NCBI GenBank assembly: GCA_002938125.1
Contig: PTLN01000001.1
Span: 1 to 53,507, forward strand
Length of the DNA stretch: 53,507 nt
Source: Alphaproteobacteria bacterium MarineAlpha2_Bin1
GTDB taxonomy: Bacteria; Pseudomonadota; Alphaproteobacteria; SHVP01
Reading direction: 5' to 3'
How positions within the stretch are numbered: the stretch's first letter is position 1; each line of letters begins with the position of its first letter. Positions 30,347 to 38,674 of the stretch are shown here, one piece after another. The position numbers were made by a program, and so were the translations under genes. The notes under the pieces were generated by a model that ran no database searches, was not told the DNA's origin, and saw nothing but the letters and a program-made list of their open reading frames with translations.

Positions 30347-31753
30347 ATGACAAAACTTAATGACAAAGACTACCTAGTTCAGGATATATCTCTAGCCAGG
30401 TGGGGAAAAGATGAAATATCTATTGCTGAAACTGAAATGCCTGGCCTTATGAAACTTCGTGAAGAGTTTCATAATCAATATCCTCTTAAGGGGGCCAAAA
30501 TAGCAGGTTGCCTTCATATGACAATACAAACTGCTGTACTAATAGAAACTCTTAAGGATCTTGGAGCAGAACTTAGATGGTCATCCTGCAATATATTTTC
30601 AACACAAGATCATGCAGCAGCTGCAATAGCTGCTCAGGGAATTCCTGTTTATGCAAAAAAAGGAGAAACCCTTGAAGAATATTGGGAATATGTTCACAAA
30701 ATATTTGAGTGGCACGATGGTGGAACTCCGAATATGATACTTGATGACGGAGGAGATGCGACTGTTCTGATTCATTTAGGCATGAAGGCAGAAAAAGATC
30801 TTTCCGTCTTAGATAATCCACAGAACGAAGAAGAAGAAGTATTGTTTAAATCTATAAAAAACAAAATTAAAATTGATATTGGGTGGTACAGTAGAATAGG
30901 TCAATCAATTAAAGGTGTTACGGAAGAAACTACAACGGGAGTTCTGAGGTTGTATGAAATGGAAAAAAAGAATGAACTTTTATTTCCTGCTATAAATGTA
31001 AACGATTCTGTTACTAAATCTAAATTTGATAATTTATATGGTTGCAGAGAAAGTTTAGTTGATGGAATCAGAAGAGGCACCGATGTAATGATGGCTGGAA
31101 AAATCGCTACCATAGCTGGATATGGAGACGTTGGAAAGGGTTCAGCTCAATCATTAAGAAATGCTGGATGTAGAGTTATGGTTACAGAAATTGATCCGAT
31201 TTGCGCTCTTCAAGCTGCTATGGAAGGTTTCGAGGTTGTGACAATGGAGGAAGCTTCAAAGAAGTCAGATATATTTGTAACCGCAACAGGAAACAAGGAT
31301 GTAATAACTATAGATCACATGAGAGAGATGAAAGATAGAGCTATTGTTTGTAATATAGGTCATTTTGACTCTGAAATACAAGTTGCAGGACTTAGAAATA
31401 TGAATTGGCATGAAGTAAAACCTCAAGTTGATGAGATAGAGTTTCCTGATGGGAAGAAAATTATACTTCTTTCAAAAGGTAGACTGGTTAACTTAGGAAA
31501 TGCAATGGGACATCCCAGTTTTGTAATGAGCGCATCTTTCTCTAATCAAGTTCTTGCTCAAATAGAACTATGGAATAACCCTCAAAAGTATGAAAAAAAA
31601 GTATATGTTTTACCAAAAAATTTAGATGAAAAAGTAGCGGCTATCCATTTGGATAAACTTGGAGCTAAGTTAACAAAACTAACTAAAGAACAATCAGATT
31701 ATATCGGCATCGATAATTCTGGCCCCTTTAAACCTGAATATTATAGGTACTAA
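30347..31753 (+). CDS. ahcY: Adenosylhomocysteinase
   Basis: 468 aa. [25 protein letters not shown] and [14 protein letters not shown] motifs. Confidence 0.97.
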   Translation: MTKLNDKDYLVQDISLARWGKDEISIAETEMPGLMKLREEFHNQYPLKGAKIAGCLHMTIQTAVLIETLKDLGAELRWSSCNIFSTQDHAAAAIAAQGIPVYAKKGETLEEYWEYVHKIFEWHDGGTPNMILDDGGDATVLIHLGMKAEKDLSVLDNPQNEEEEVLFKSIKNKIKIDIGWYSRIGQSIKGVTEETTTGVLRLYEMEKKNELLFPAINVNDSVTKSKFDNLYGCRESLVDGIRRGTDVMMAGKIATIAGYGDVGKGSAQSLRNAGCRVMVTEIDPICALQAAMEGFEVVTMEEASKKSDIFVTATGNKDVITIDHMREMKDRAIVCNIGHFDSEIQVAGLRNMNWHEVKPQVDEIEFPDGKKIILLSKGRLVNLGNAMGHPSFVMSASFSNQVLAQIELWNNPQKYEKKVYVLPKNLDEKVAAIHLDKLGAKLTKLTKEQSDYIGIDNSGPFKPEYYRY

Positions 31754-31942
31754 AAAATATCTTAAATACTTAATTTATGTATCAATTATGATAAATTACC
31801 TAAAATAAGCTAAATATTTTAATTTTTTCTCTTTATTTAATTTAAATAAGAAGGAAATTATTATAAATTAACCATGTGAGACTGCAGATTTATTGGATAA
31901 AATATTTTAAAAATAAAGTTTCAATTCAATCTCTCAGCTGAC

Positions 31943-31971
31943 TTGACCAAAAATGCTATTTTTTTTATCAT
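31943..31971 (+). promoter_or_regulatory. Candidate sigma-70 promoter for the motA-like gene
   Basis: TTGACC (31943-31948), exactly 17 nt, then TATCAT (31966-31971), about 40 nt upstream of ATG 32013. Lies inside the longest spacer of the window (259 nt). Based on a motif match only. Confidence 0.35.
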
Positions 31972-32012
31972 TATGTACTTTATTTGCTAATTAATTAGGA
32001 AAAATTTTATAT

Positions 32013-32837
32013 ATGTCAATTTCTACTATTTTAGGAGTGCTTTTCGGTCTAGCTCTAGTTGTTGGCTCTATTGCTATTTCAACTGACAACCTTGCATCAT
32101 TTATAAGTATACCTTCTATGCTAATTGTTGTAGGGGGAACATTAGCTGCCTCTTTTATTGGTTTTCAAGCTAGGTACGTTATTCAAGCATTAAAAGATAT
32201 AGGGGCATTAGTAAAAAAAGAAACTGTTAATCGAAATATTCTTACTCAGGAAACAGGAAAAATAATTCGTTGGGGCTTCTTGGTTAAAAAAAATGGAATC
32301 CTCGCACTCGAAAGAGAGGCTAAATCAGCTAAAGACCAGGATTATTATCTTAATTATGGAATAGACTTAGTGATTACAGGATATACTGCAGATGAAGTTA
32401 GAGATATGATGCAAGCTGCAGCGGGCGAAATGTTTGGAAGAGCAATGGTAAATGCAGATATATTAAAAAATATGACTGCGGTTGCTCCAGCTTTTGGAAT
32501 GATTGGTACGCTAATCGGCCTTATTATAATGCTTCAAAATATTGGGGGAGATCCAAATGGCCTTGGAGCAGGTCTAGCTGTGGCATTGCTAACAACTTTA
32601 TACGGCGTTTTGTTTGCACGAATGGTTTTTGCACCTGCCGCTACAAAAGCAGCTCAAAAAGCTGGTATTCAAAGATTTAGAAATCTCTTAGTATGCGAAG
32701 GTTTAGCAATGCTAGCAGAACATAGAAGTCCAAGATATATACAAGATAGGATGAATAGTTTTCTCGATCCTGAAATTCACTATTCTATTGATAAAAAAGG
32801 TGGCGGTGGAAAAGATAAGAAGAAGAAAGCCGCATAG
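32013..32837 (+). CDS. motA: MotA/PomA-family stator (proton/sodium channel) subunit
   Basis: 274 aa, 4 TM helices. Matches PomA/MotA by eye along its whole length (IPSMLIVVGGTLAASF; GILALERE; GIDLVITGYTADEV; VAPAFGMIGTLIGL; AVALLTTLYGVLFARMVFAP). Lys-rich tail KKGGGGKDKKKKAA. Confidence 0.85.
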   Translation: MSISTILGVLFGLALVVGSIAISTDNLASFISIPSMLIVVGGTLAASFIGFQARYVIQALKDIGALVKKETVNRNILTQETGKIIRWGFLVKKNGILALEREAKSAKDQDYYLNYGIDLVITGYTADEVRDMMQAAAGEMFGRAMVNADILKNMTAVAPAFGMIGTLIGLIIMLQNIGGDPNGLGAGLAVALLTTLYGVLFARMVFAPAATKAAQKAGIQRFRNLLVCEGLAMLAEHRSPRYIQDRMNSFLDPEIHYSIDKKGGGGKDKKKKAA

Positions 32838-32858
32838 TATTCACTAGATAGGTTAAAT

Positions 32859-33518
32859 ATGGCAAAACTACCCCCACCACCTCCGGAAGAAGAAGAAAAA
32901 GAAGATTGGCTTTTAACTTACGCAGACGCTATTACTTTATTAATGGCGTTTTTTGTTCTTCTTTATACCGTTTCCGATCCAAATACTGAAAAATTTGAAG
33001 CTGTTACCAAAGGTATGGTTGAGTCATTAAAGGGAGGAAGTGTGAAAACACCCTTTACTGACTTATCAAAGGATCTATCTCAAGTTCAGTCAGAATCTGA
33101 ATCTTCTAAAGTTGGATCAACAAAAAGAGGTCTGACTTTTGAATTCAAATCAAGAAAAATGTTTGAACCTGGTTCTGCAAATATAGTTCCTGAAGGTATA
33201 AAAGCACTTGATAGAGTTGCACAACTTGTTACATTTAGATTAGGCAAAAAAAATTATAAAATTGAAGTTGAAGGCCATACAGATGATACCCCCATTAGCA
33301 CTCCTCAGTTCCCATCAAACTGGGAGTTGTCTTCAGCAAGAGCATCCGCTGTTGTCCGTTTTATGATATCAAGGGGCGTTCCAGGAGATAGACTTAGAGC
33401 AGTCGGTTACGCGGATACTAAACCTAAAGAGGGTTTTCCTTTCAAAGATAATGAGGGTTCTCCTATTCCAGAAAACCGTGAAGAGGGAAGACGAGTAGTA
33501 ATTAGGATAGAGAGATAA
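32859..33518 (+). CDS. motB: MotB/PomB-family stator subunit with OmpA-like peptidoglycan-binding domain
   Basis: 219 aa. PPPPPEEEEKED leader. Single TM helix with the channel Asp (WLLTYADAITLLMAFFVLLY). C-terminal OmpA-like domain (VEGHTDDTP...NWELSSARASAVVRFM...GYADTKP). Starts 21 nt after motA. Confidence 0.85.
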   Translation: MAKLPPPPPEEEEKEDWLLTYADAITLLMAFFVLLYTVSDPNTEKFEAVTKGMVESLKGGSVKTPFTDLSKDLSQVQSESESSKVGSTKRGLTFEFKSRKMFEPGSANIVPEGIKALDRVAQLVTFRLGKKNYKIEVEGHTDDTPISTPQFPSNWELSSARASAVVRFMISRGVPGDRLRAVGYADTKPKEGFPFKDNEGSPIPENREEGRRVVIRIER

Positions 33519-33630
33519 CTAACAAATTATAATTATATTTTTATATTATTTTTTTTATATATTTTTCATTTAGTAATCTATACAATTTAAATTCTTTTTT
33601 ACTTTAGAATGTCTTTGGGAGGATAGGCCT

Positions 33631-35046
33631 ATGGTGGAAAATTGGGATGTAATTATTGTTGGAGCTGGAACAGCTGGAATACCAGCAGCTATTTTTGCAG
33701 GGCAACGGGGAGCAAAAGTTTTACTTATTGATGCTGCTGACAAAATAGGGGGTACACTTCATTTAACTACCGGACAAATGAGTGCTGCAGGAACATCCCT
33801 TCAAAAAAAATTAGGGATAAATGATAATTCTAATGACCACTTTGATGATGTTATGCGAATTAGTGAAAACACAGCTGATAAAGACTTGGTTAGACTTGCA
33901 GTTGATAATGCAGCAGAGACATTTGATTGGTTAATGACTAATGGTTTCACTCCTCTAGATAATCATCCTGTTCTTGGTAATGCACATGAACCCTACAGTG
34001 AAAGAAGATATTATTGGGGCCCATTCGGTGGAATTTCAATTTTAGATGCAATTACACCTCTTCTAGATGAGCAAATAGCATCTGGGAACGTTGTAGTGAG
34101 CCTAAGGACAAAATTAAAAAATATAATTTTAAATAAAATGGAAGTAATAGGAATTGAAATAGAAGCAGAAGATGGAACTAATGCAATTATTAATGGCAAA
34201 AATATAATTCTTTCTACTGGCGGTTATTCTTCAAATCCAAAATTATTTAAAGAATTAAGTGGTCCAACATTATATTGGAAAGGTGCATACCCCTTCTCTA
34301 ATGGAGAAGGTCTTACTATAGCAAATAAAATTGGTGGAATTTTAAGAGGAAAACAAAATTATCTATGTGGATATGGCGCTATATTAAAAAACTTTGATTA
34401 CCCCTCCGAGGTAACTACCAGGATAATATCTCATCCGCATTTAAGACTTCCTTGGGAGATTCATGTTAATGTTAATGGAAAACGTTTTTTCCAAGAAGAT
34501 TACGACTCGGTTCATGTAAGAGAAAAAAAACTGCTTGAGCAAGATAAACTTAAGGCGTGGGTTGTTTTTGATGACGAGATACTTAAAAAATCTCCACCTC
34601 TTCTTAAAGATTTTTCAAAAGAAGATACAATTTCGTTTTTTTCAAGTCACCCTATGTTTAATTATGCTAATGATTTGCAAAGTCTAGCTAATAAATCAGG
34701 TGTTAATTCAGACGGACTTATAAAAACTATAGAAGAATATAATCTTGCTATTGAAAACAATCAAACAGATCCATTTGGTAGAATGCATAGACCTCTTAAA
34801 ATTAAAAAACCCCCTTTTTATTCTATCTGCACTCATGGAGTTTCTATAACAAGCACAGTTGGTATCTCGGTAAATTCAGAGCTGAAAATTTTAAATGAAA
34901 AAAAAGAACCAATAAAAAATTTATTTGCAGCAGGCGAAATATTGGGCTCAGGGCAAACTATGGGCAAGTGCTCTGCAGGTGGTATGATGCTTACCCCAGC
35001 GCTAACTTTTGGAAGACTTCTGGGGCAAAAATTTTTGTCTTGGTAG
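33631..35046 (+). CDS. FAD-binding flavoprotein, soluble fumarate-reductase/KstD-like (FAD_binding_2 type), paralogue 1
   Basis: 471 aa. Rossmann WDVIIVGAGTAGIPAA; KIGGTLHLTTGQMSAAGTSLQKKLGI; PWEIHVNVNGKRFFQED; LFAAGEILG...TFGRLLG. GGGAGGA RBS. No signal peptide. Confidence 0.75.
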   Translation: MVENWDVIIVGAGTAGIPAAIFAGQRGAKVLLIDAADKIGGTLHLTTGQMSAAGTSLQKKLGINDNSNDHFDDVMRISENTADKDLVRLAVDNAAETFDWLMTNGFTPLDNHPVLGNAHEPYSERRYYWGPFGGISILDAITPLLDEQIASGNVVVSLRTKLKNIILNKMEVIGIEIEAEDGTNAIINGKNIILSTGGYSSNPKLFKELSGPTLYWKGAYPFSNGEGLTIANKIGGILRGKQNYLCGYGAILKNFDYPSEVTTRIISHPHLRLPWEIHVNVNGKRFFQEDYDSVHVREKKLLEQDKLKAWVVFDDEILKKSPPLLKDFSKEDTISFFSSHPMFNYANDLQSLANKSGVNSDGLIKTIEEYNLAIENNQTDPFGRMHRPLKIKKPPFYSICTHGVSITSTVGISVNSELKILNEKKEPIKNLFAAGEILGSGQTMGKCSAGGMMLTPALTFGRLLGQKFLSW

Positions 35047-35074
35047 ATTATAAATTAATTTTTTGGAGATTAAA

Positions 35075-36496
35075 ATGTCAAATCAATGGGATGTCATTAT
35101 TATTGGAGCAGGGAGTGCTGGTATACCTTCTTCTATATTTGCAGCTAATAGGGGTGCAAAAGTTTTACAACTTGAAGCCAGTAATAAAATTGGTGGAACT
35201 TTAATGTTATCATCAGGTCAAATTTCCGCAGCAGGAACAAAAAGACAAAAAAAAATGGGAATAGAAGATAGTCCAGAAGAACACTATAATGATGCTCAAA
35301 GAATATCAGAAAATACTATTGATCCTGTTCTGGGAAAATTAGCTATAGATAATGCTGGTGAAACATATGACTGGCTGGAAAGTATTGGCTATAAACCTAT
35401 AAAGAGTCATCCTGTAGCCGGAGGTGCTCACGAACCATATCTAAAAAGAAGATACCATTGGGCTGAAAATGCAGCTATAGCAATTCTTGATGTTTTAAAA
35501 CCTATACATGAAAAACTTGTTGATGAGAAAAAAATACATTTACATTTAAATACTAGAATGAGAGAAATAATAAAAGATATTTCTGGTTCTGTAATAGGTG
35601 TTAAATCAGATACACCAGACGGAGTAAAGGAGTTTTATGGGAAAAATACTGTAATTACAACTGGAGGATATGCTCATAATAAGGATTTATGGAGTGAATT
35701 GACCCCAGATATTCCACTCAGATCTTGGACAAATGAATTTAGTTTAGGTGATGGTTTAATCGCTGCAAGAGATATAGGGGCAGATTACGATGGATCAGAA
35801 AAATTTTTATGTACTTTTGCCGGTGTTCTTGAAAAACCAGAAGATCCATTTTCGACTTCATTAGGTATGCAATTCTCACCTCAAGTTAGAGAACCATGGG
35901 AAATATATGTAAATAGTGATGGAAAAAGATTCGTTAGAGAGGATCATCCTAGTGTCCATATTCGAGAACATGCTTTATTAAAACAACCAAATCAAGAAAT
36001 GTTCATAATTTTTGATGAAAATATTCGCCAGAATGCTCCCTGTATAAACCCTCTGATGGAGAAAACGATTAATAATAAGTATGGTAACCATCCAAATTAT
36101 TCAAAATCTGAAACACTAACTGAGTTAGCTAAAGCAATTAATGTACCTGAAAAAAATTTAATAGAAACAATTACAAAATATAACTTTGCTGTAGAAACTG
36201 GAAATGATAAAGATTTCGGTAGATTAAGAATGTTTGGTAAAATTGAAAAATCTCCTTTTTATGCAATTCATGCTGGTGGAATAACAGTAGTAAGCCCAGT
36301 AGGTTTAAAAACCAATGATTCACTTAGCGTGGTGGATATAAAGGGCAAAGTTATTCCCAATTTATTTGCTGCAGGAGAGGTTCTGGGTTTTACTAGGCTT
36401 TCTGGTTCAGCATTTGTAAATGGTATGTCATTAATGCCCGCTATTACTTTTGGAAAACTTCTAGGAGAAAAAATTCTTCATTGGAAGGAGAATTAG
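35075..36496 (+). CDS. FAD-binding flavoprotein (FAD_binding_2 type), paralogue 2
   Basis: Same architecture and motifs as paralogue 1 (WDVIIIGAGSAGIPSS; KIGGTLMLSSGQISAAGTKRQKKMGI; PWEIYVNSDGKRFVRED; LFAAGEVLG...TFGKLLG). I prefer ATG 35075 (GGAG upstream) to the track's TTG 35063. Confidence 0.75.
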   Translation: MSNQWDVIIIGAGSAGIPSSIFAANRGAKVLQLEASNKIGGTLMLSSGQISAAGTKRQKKMGIEDSPEEHYNDAQRISENTIDPVLGKLAIDNAGETYDWLESIGYKPIKSHPVAGGAHEPYLKRRYHWAENAAIAILDVLKPIHEKLVDEKKIHLHLNTRMREIIKDISGSVIGVKSDTPDGVKEFYGKNTVITTGGYAHNKDLWSELTPDIPLRSWTNEFSLGDGLIAARDIGADYDGSEKFLCTFAGVLEKPEDPFSTSLGMQFSPQVREPWEIYVNSDGKRFVREDHPSVHIREHALLKQPNQEMFIIFDENIRQNAPCINPLMEKTINNKYGNHPNYSKSETLTELAKAINVPEKNLIETITKYNFAVETGNDKDFGRLRMFGKIEKSPFYAIHAGGITVVSPVGLKTNDSLSVVDIKGKVIPNLFAAGEVLGFTRLSGSAFVNGMSLMPAITFGKLLGEKILHWKEN

Positions 36497-36501
36497 GATT
36501 T

Positions 36502-37263
36502 ATGAATAATTCTTTAGTTAATAAAACAGCATTAGTAACAGGAGGTGGTGGACCAGCAATGGGAAGCTCACATTGCAAAAAGTTAGCTGAATTAGGAGCT
36601 CATGTAATAGTGCTTGATAAAAGAAAGGATAAGGCACAAGCAGTATCAAAGAAAATCAGAGAAGATAATGGTTCTTCTGAATACATCATCTGCGACATAA
36701 CAAATATAGATGAAGTTAATGAAGCTCTTGACATAATCAGTAATAATTCTCCAATAGATATACTTGTTAACCATGCAGGAATATCTGGAATGTCATTACC
36801 ATTTGAAAAAGTTACAGAGAAAATTTACGATACAATGATGGCTGTTAATTTAAAGTCTATGTTTTTTATAACCCAAAAATTAGTTTCAAATATGAAGAAA
36901 AATAATTGGGGAAGAATTGTCAATATTGCCTCAGATTTTACAATGTATGGTAGCCCGCTTGCTTCACACTATACTGCTTCAAAATCTGGAATATTAGGAC
37001 TAACTAAAAGTTGGGCTCGTGAACTGGCACCATGGAAAATATGTGTAAATGCAGTTGCACCAACATTATTAAAAAGTGAATTAACTCTTGCTAGTGTTGG
37101 GGAAGAATTCCTAGATAAAGAGTCCAATAATGCTCCAATGGGATCTTTACCTAACTCTAGTGATGTCTCTGAACTAGTAGCATTTCTTGCAAGTCCTTCC
37201 TCACAAGCAATAACAGGTCAAACAATTAGTCCAAATGGTGGAAGAACGATAGTCGGAATATAA
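36502..37263 (+). CDS. Short-chain dehydrogenase/reductase (SDR) family oxidoreductase
   Basis: About 253 aa from ATG 36502 (GGAAGGAG RBS; the track ORF starts at TTG 36481). NHAG and catalytic YTASK motifs. Atypical glycine loop VTGGGGPAMG. Confidence 0.8.
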   Translation: MNNSLVNKTALVTGGGGPAMGSSHCKKLAELGAHVIVLDKRKDKAQAVSKKIREDNGSSEYIICDITNIDEVNEALDIISNNSPIDILVNHAGISGMSLPFEKVTEKIYDTMMAVNLKSMFFITQKLVSNMKKNNWGRIVNIASDFTMYGSPLASHYTASKSGILGLTKSWARELAPWKICVNAVAPTLLKSELTLASVGEEFLDKESNNAPMGSLPNSSDVSELVAFLASPSSQAITGQTISPNGGRTIVGI

Positions 37264-37273
37264 AATCTATAAA

Positions 37274-38671
37274 ATGGAGTTCGAACTTATAATCATTGGG
37301 GCAGGTATGGCTGGTTTACCATGCGCAATAAGAGCAGCAGATAGAAATAAAAAAGTTTTATTAGTAAATAAAAATAAAAGTATTGGTGGTAAATTATCTA
37401 GAAGCACTGGACAAATAGCTGCAGCTGGAACAAATCTACAGAAAAGGCAAAATATTTGTGATTATCCAGATCTTCATTTTAGAGAAGCATGGGAGATATG
37501 CAAGTCGACCGCTGATCAAAAATTACTTAGACTTGCAATAGATAATTTAGGTGACACAGTAAATTGGTTAGAAAAAATCGGCGTAACTTTTCCAGAAAAT
37601 CACCCTATTATCACATATCAACATGACATTTACTCTACAAGGAGATATCAGTGGCCAGTCGGTTTTGGAAAAGAAATTCTAGATAAAATATTACCTATAA
37701 TTAATAGATTTATTTCTACTAAAAATATAACATTACTAAACCAAACTACTCTAGTTGATTTAATTAAAAATAATAATGTAATAGAAGGAGTTGTTTTGTT
37801 AAACAAGGAAGGAAAAAAATTAAAATATTATTCAAGTAATATTGTCTTAACTGCTGGGGGTTACACAAACAATGAGAGACTCTTTACAAAATATTCCCCA
37901 AAATCAATTTTATATACTCCGAAGTTTAACGGATCAGAGGGCTTAGTTCACGAAATAGCAGAAAGGAAAAATTTTAAAATTGACGGAGGCGAATTATATA
38001 TAGGCATGATTGGAGGTGTGCTTCAAAAAAGTTATGACAAGCATTCTGTATCGGTTTCAATAAATACAATCCCTCAAGATAGGCAACCTTGGGAAATATG
38101 GGTCAATTCTCAAGGGTATAGATTCATGCGTGAAGATCATCCCAGTGCGGACTATAGAAGACATAAAGTAAATGAACAAAATATGCAAAAATTTTTTATC
38201 ATTTTTGATCATGGGATTTTTATCAATGCTCCACCTATCTCACTAACTAATGATGGCGGATTAAAAGGTCATATTAATAATCAACTCTATTTAGCTAAGT
38301 TTAAATCTATCAAAAAATTAGCTTTTGAAATGAATATAGATTTTCAAGCGCTCTTAGGCACTATACATGAATATAATAACTCAGTTAATAAAAAAAATGA
38401 TAATTTTGGAAGAGAGCATTTCCCAAGAGAGATAAATAACCCCCCGTTTTATTGTATCGAGTCTGTTGCTTTTGCATTACCCAGTCCTGCAGGTATAGCA
38501 GTTAATGAAAAATTAGAAGTTTTAAATAATGATAATATTCCAGTAAGAAATATTTATGCTGCAGGCGAAATTATAGGAAATACTAGAATAATGGGCGAAC
38601 ATTATATTGCAGGAATGGGAGTGGGTCCCACTTTAACTTTTGGAAAATTACTAGGAGAAACTTTGAAATAG
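37274..38671 (+). CDS. FAD-binding flavoprotein (FAD_binding_2 type), paralogue 3 (most divergent)
   Basis: 465 aa. FELIIIGAGMAGLPCA; SIGGKLSRSTGQIAAAGTNLQKRQNI; PWEIWVNSQGYRFMRED; IYAAGEIIG...TFGKLLG. The stop lies 3 nt from the convergent polA stop. Confidence 0.75.
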   Translation: MEFELIIIGAGMAGLPCAIRAADRNKKVLLVNKNKSIGGKLSRSTGQIAAAGTNLQKRQNICDYPDLHFREAWEICKSTADQKLLRLAIDNLGDTVNWLEKIGVTFPENHPIITYQHDIYSTRRYQWPVGFGKEILDKILPIINRFISTKNITLLNQTTLVDLIKNNNVIEGVVLLNKEGKKLKYYSSNIVLTAGGYTNNERLFTKYSPKSILYTPKFNGSEGLVHEIAERKNFKIDGGELYIGMIGGVLQKSYDKHSVSVSINTIPQDRQPWEIWVNSQGYRFMREDHPSADYRRHKVNEQNMQKFFIIFDHGIFINAPPISLTNDGGLKGHINNQLYLAKFKSIKKLAFEMNIDFQALLGTIHEYNNSVNKKNDNFGREHFPREINNPPFYCIESVAFALPSPAGIAVNEKLEVLNNDNIPVRNIYAAGEIIGNTRIMGEHYIAGMGVGPTLTFGKLLGETLK

Positions 38672-38674
38672 TTT

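Noticed and set aside
32013-33518. MotAB pair as a Zorya (ZorAB) anti-phage system
   Set aside because: ZorA proteins are much longer (a long C-terminal tail after the MotA-like core) and come with ZorC/D or ZorE/F/G effectors. Here MotA has normal PomA length and sequence, and the neighbours are metabolic flavoproteins.
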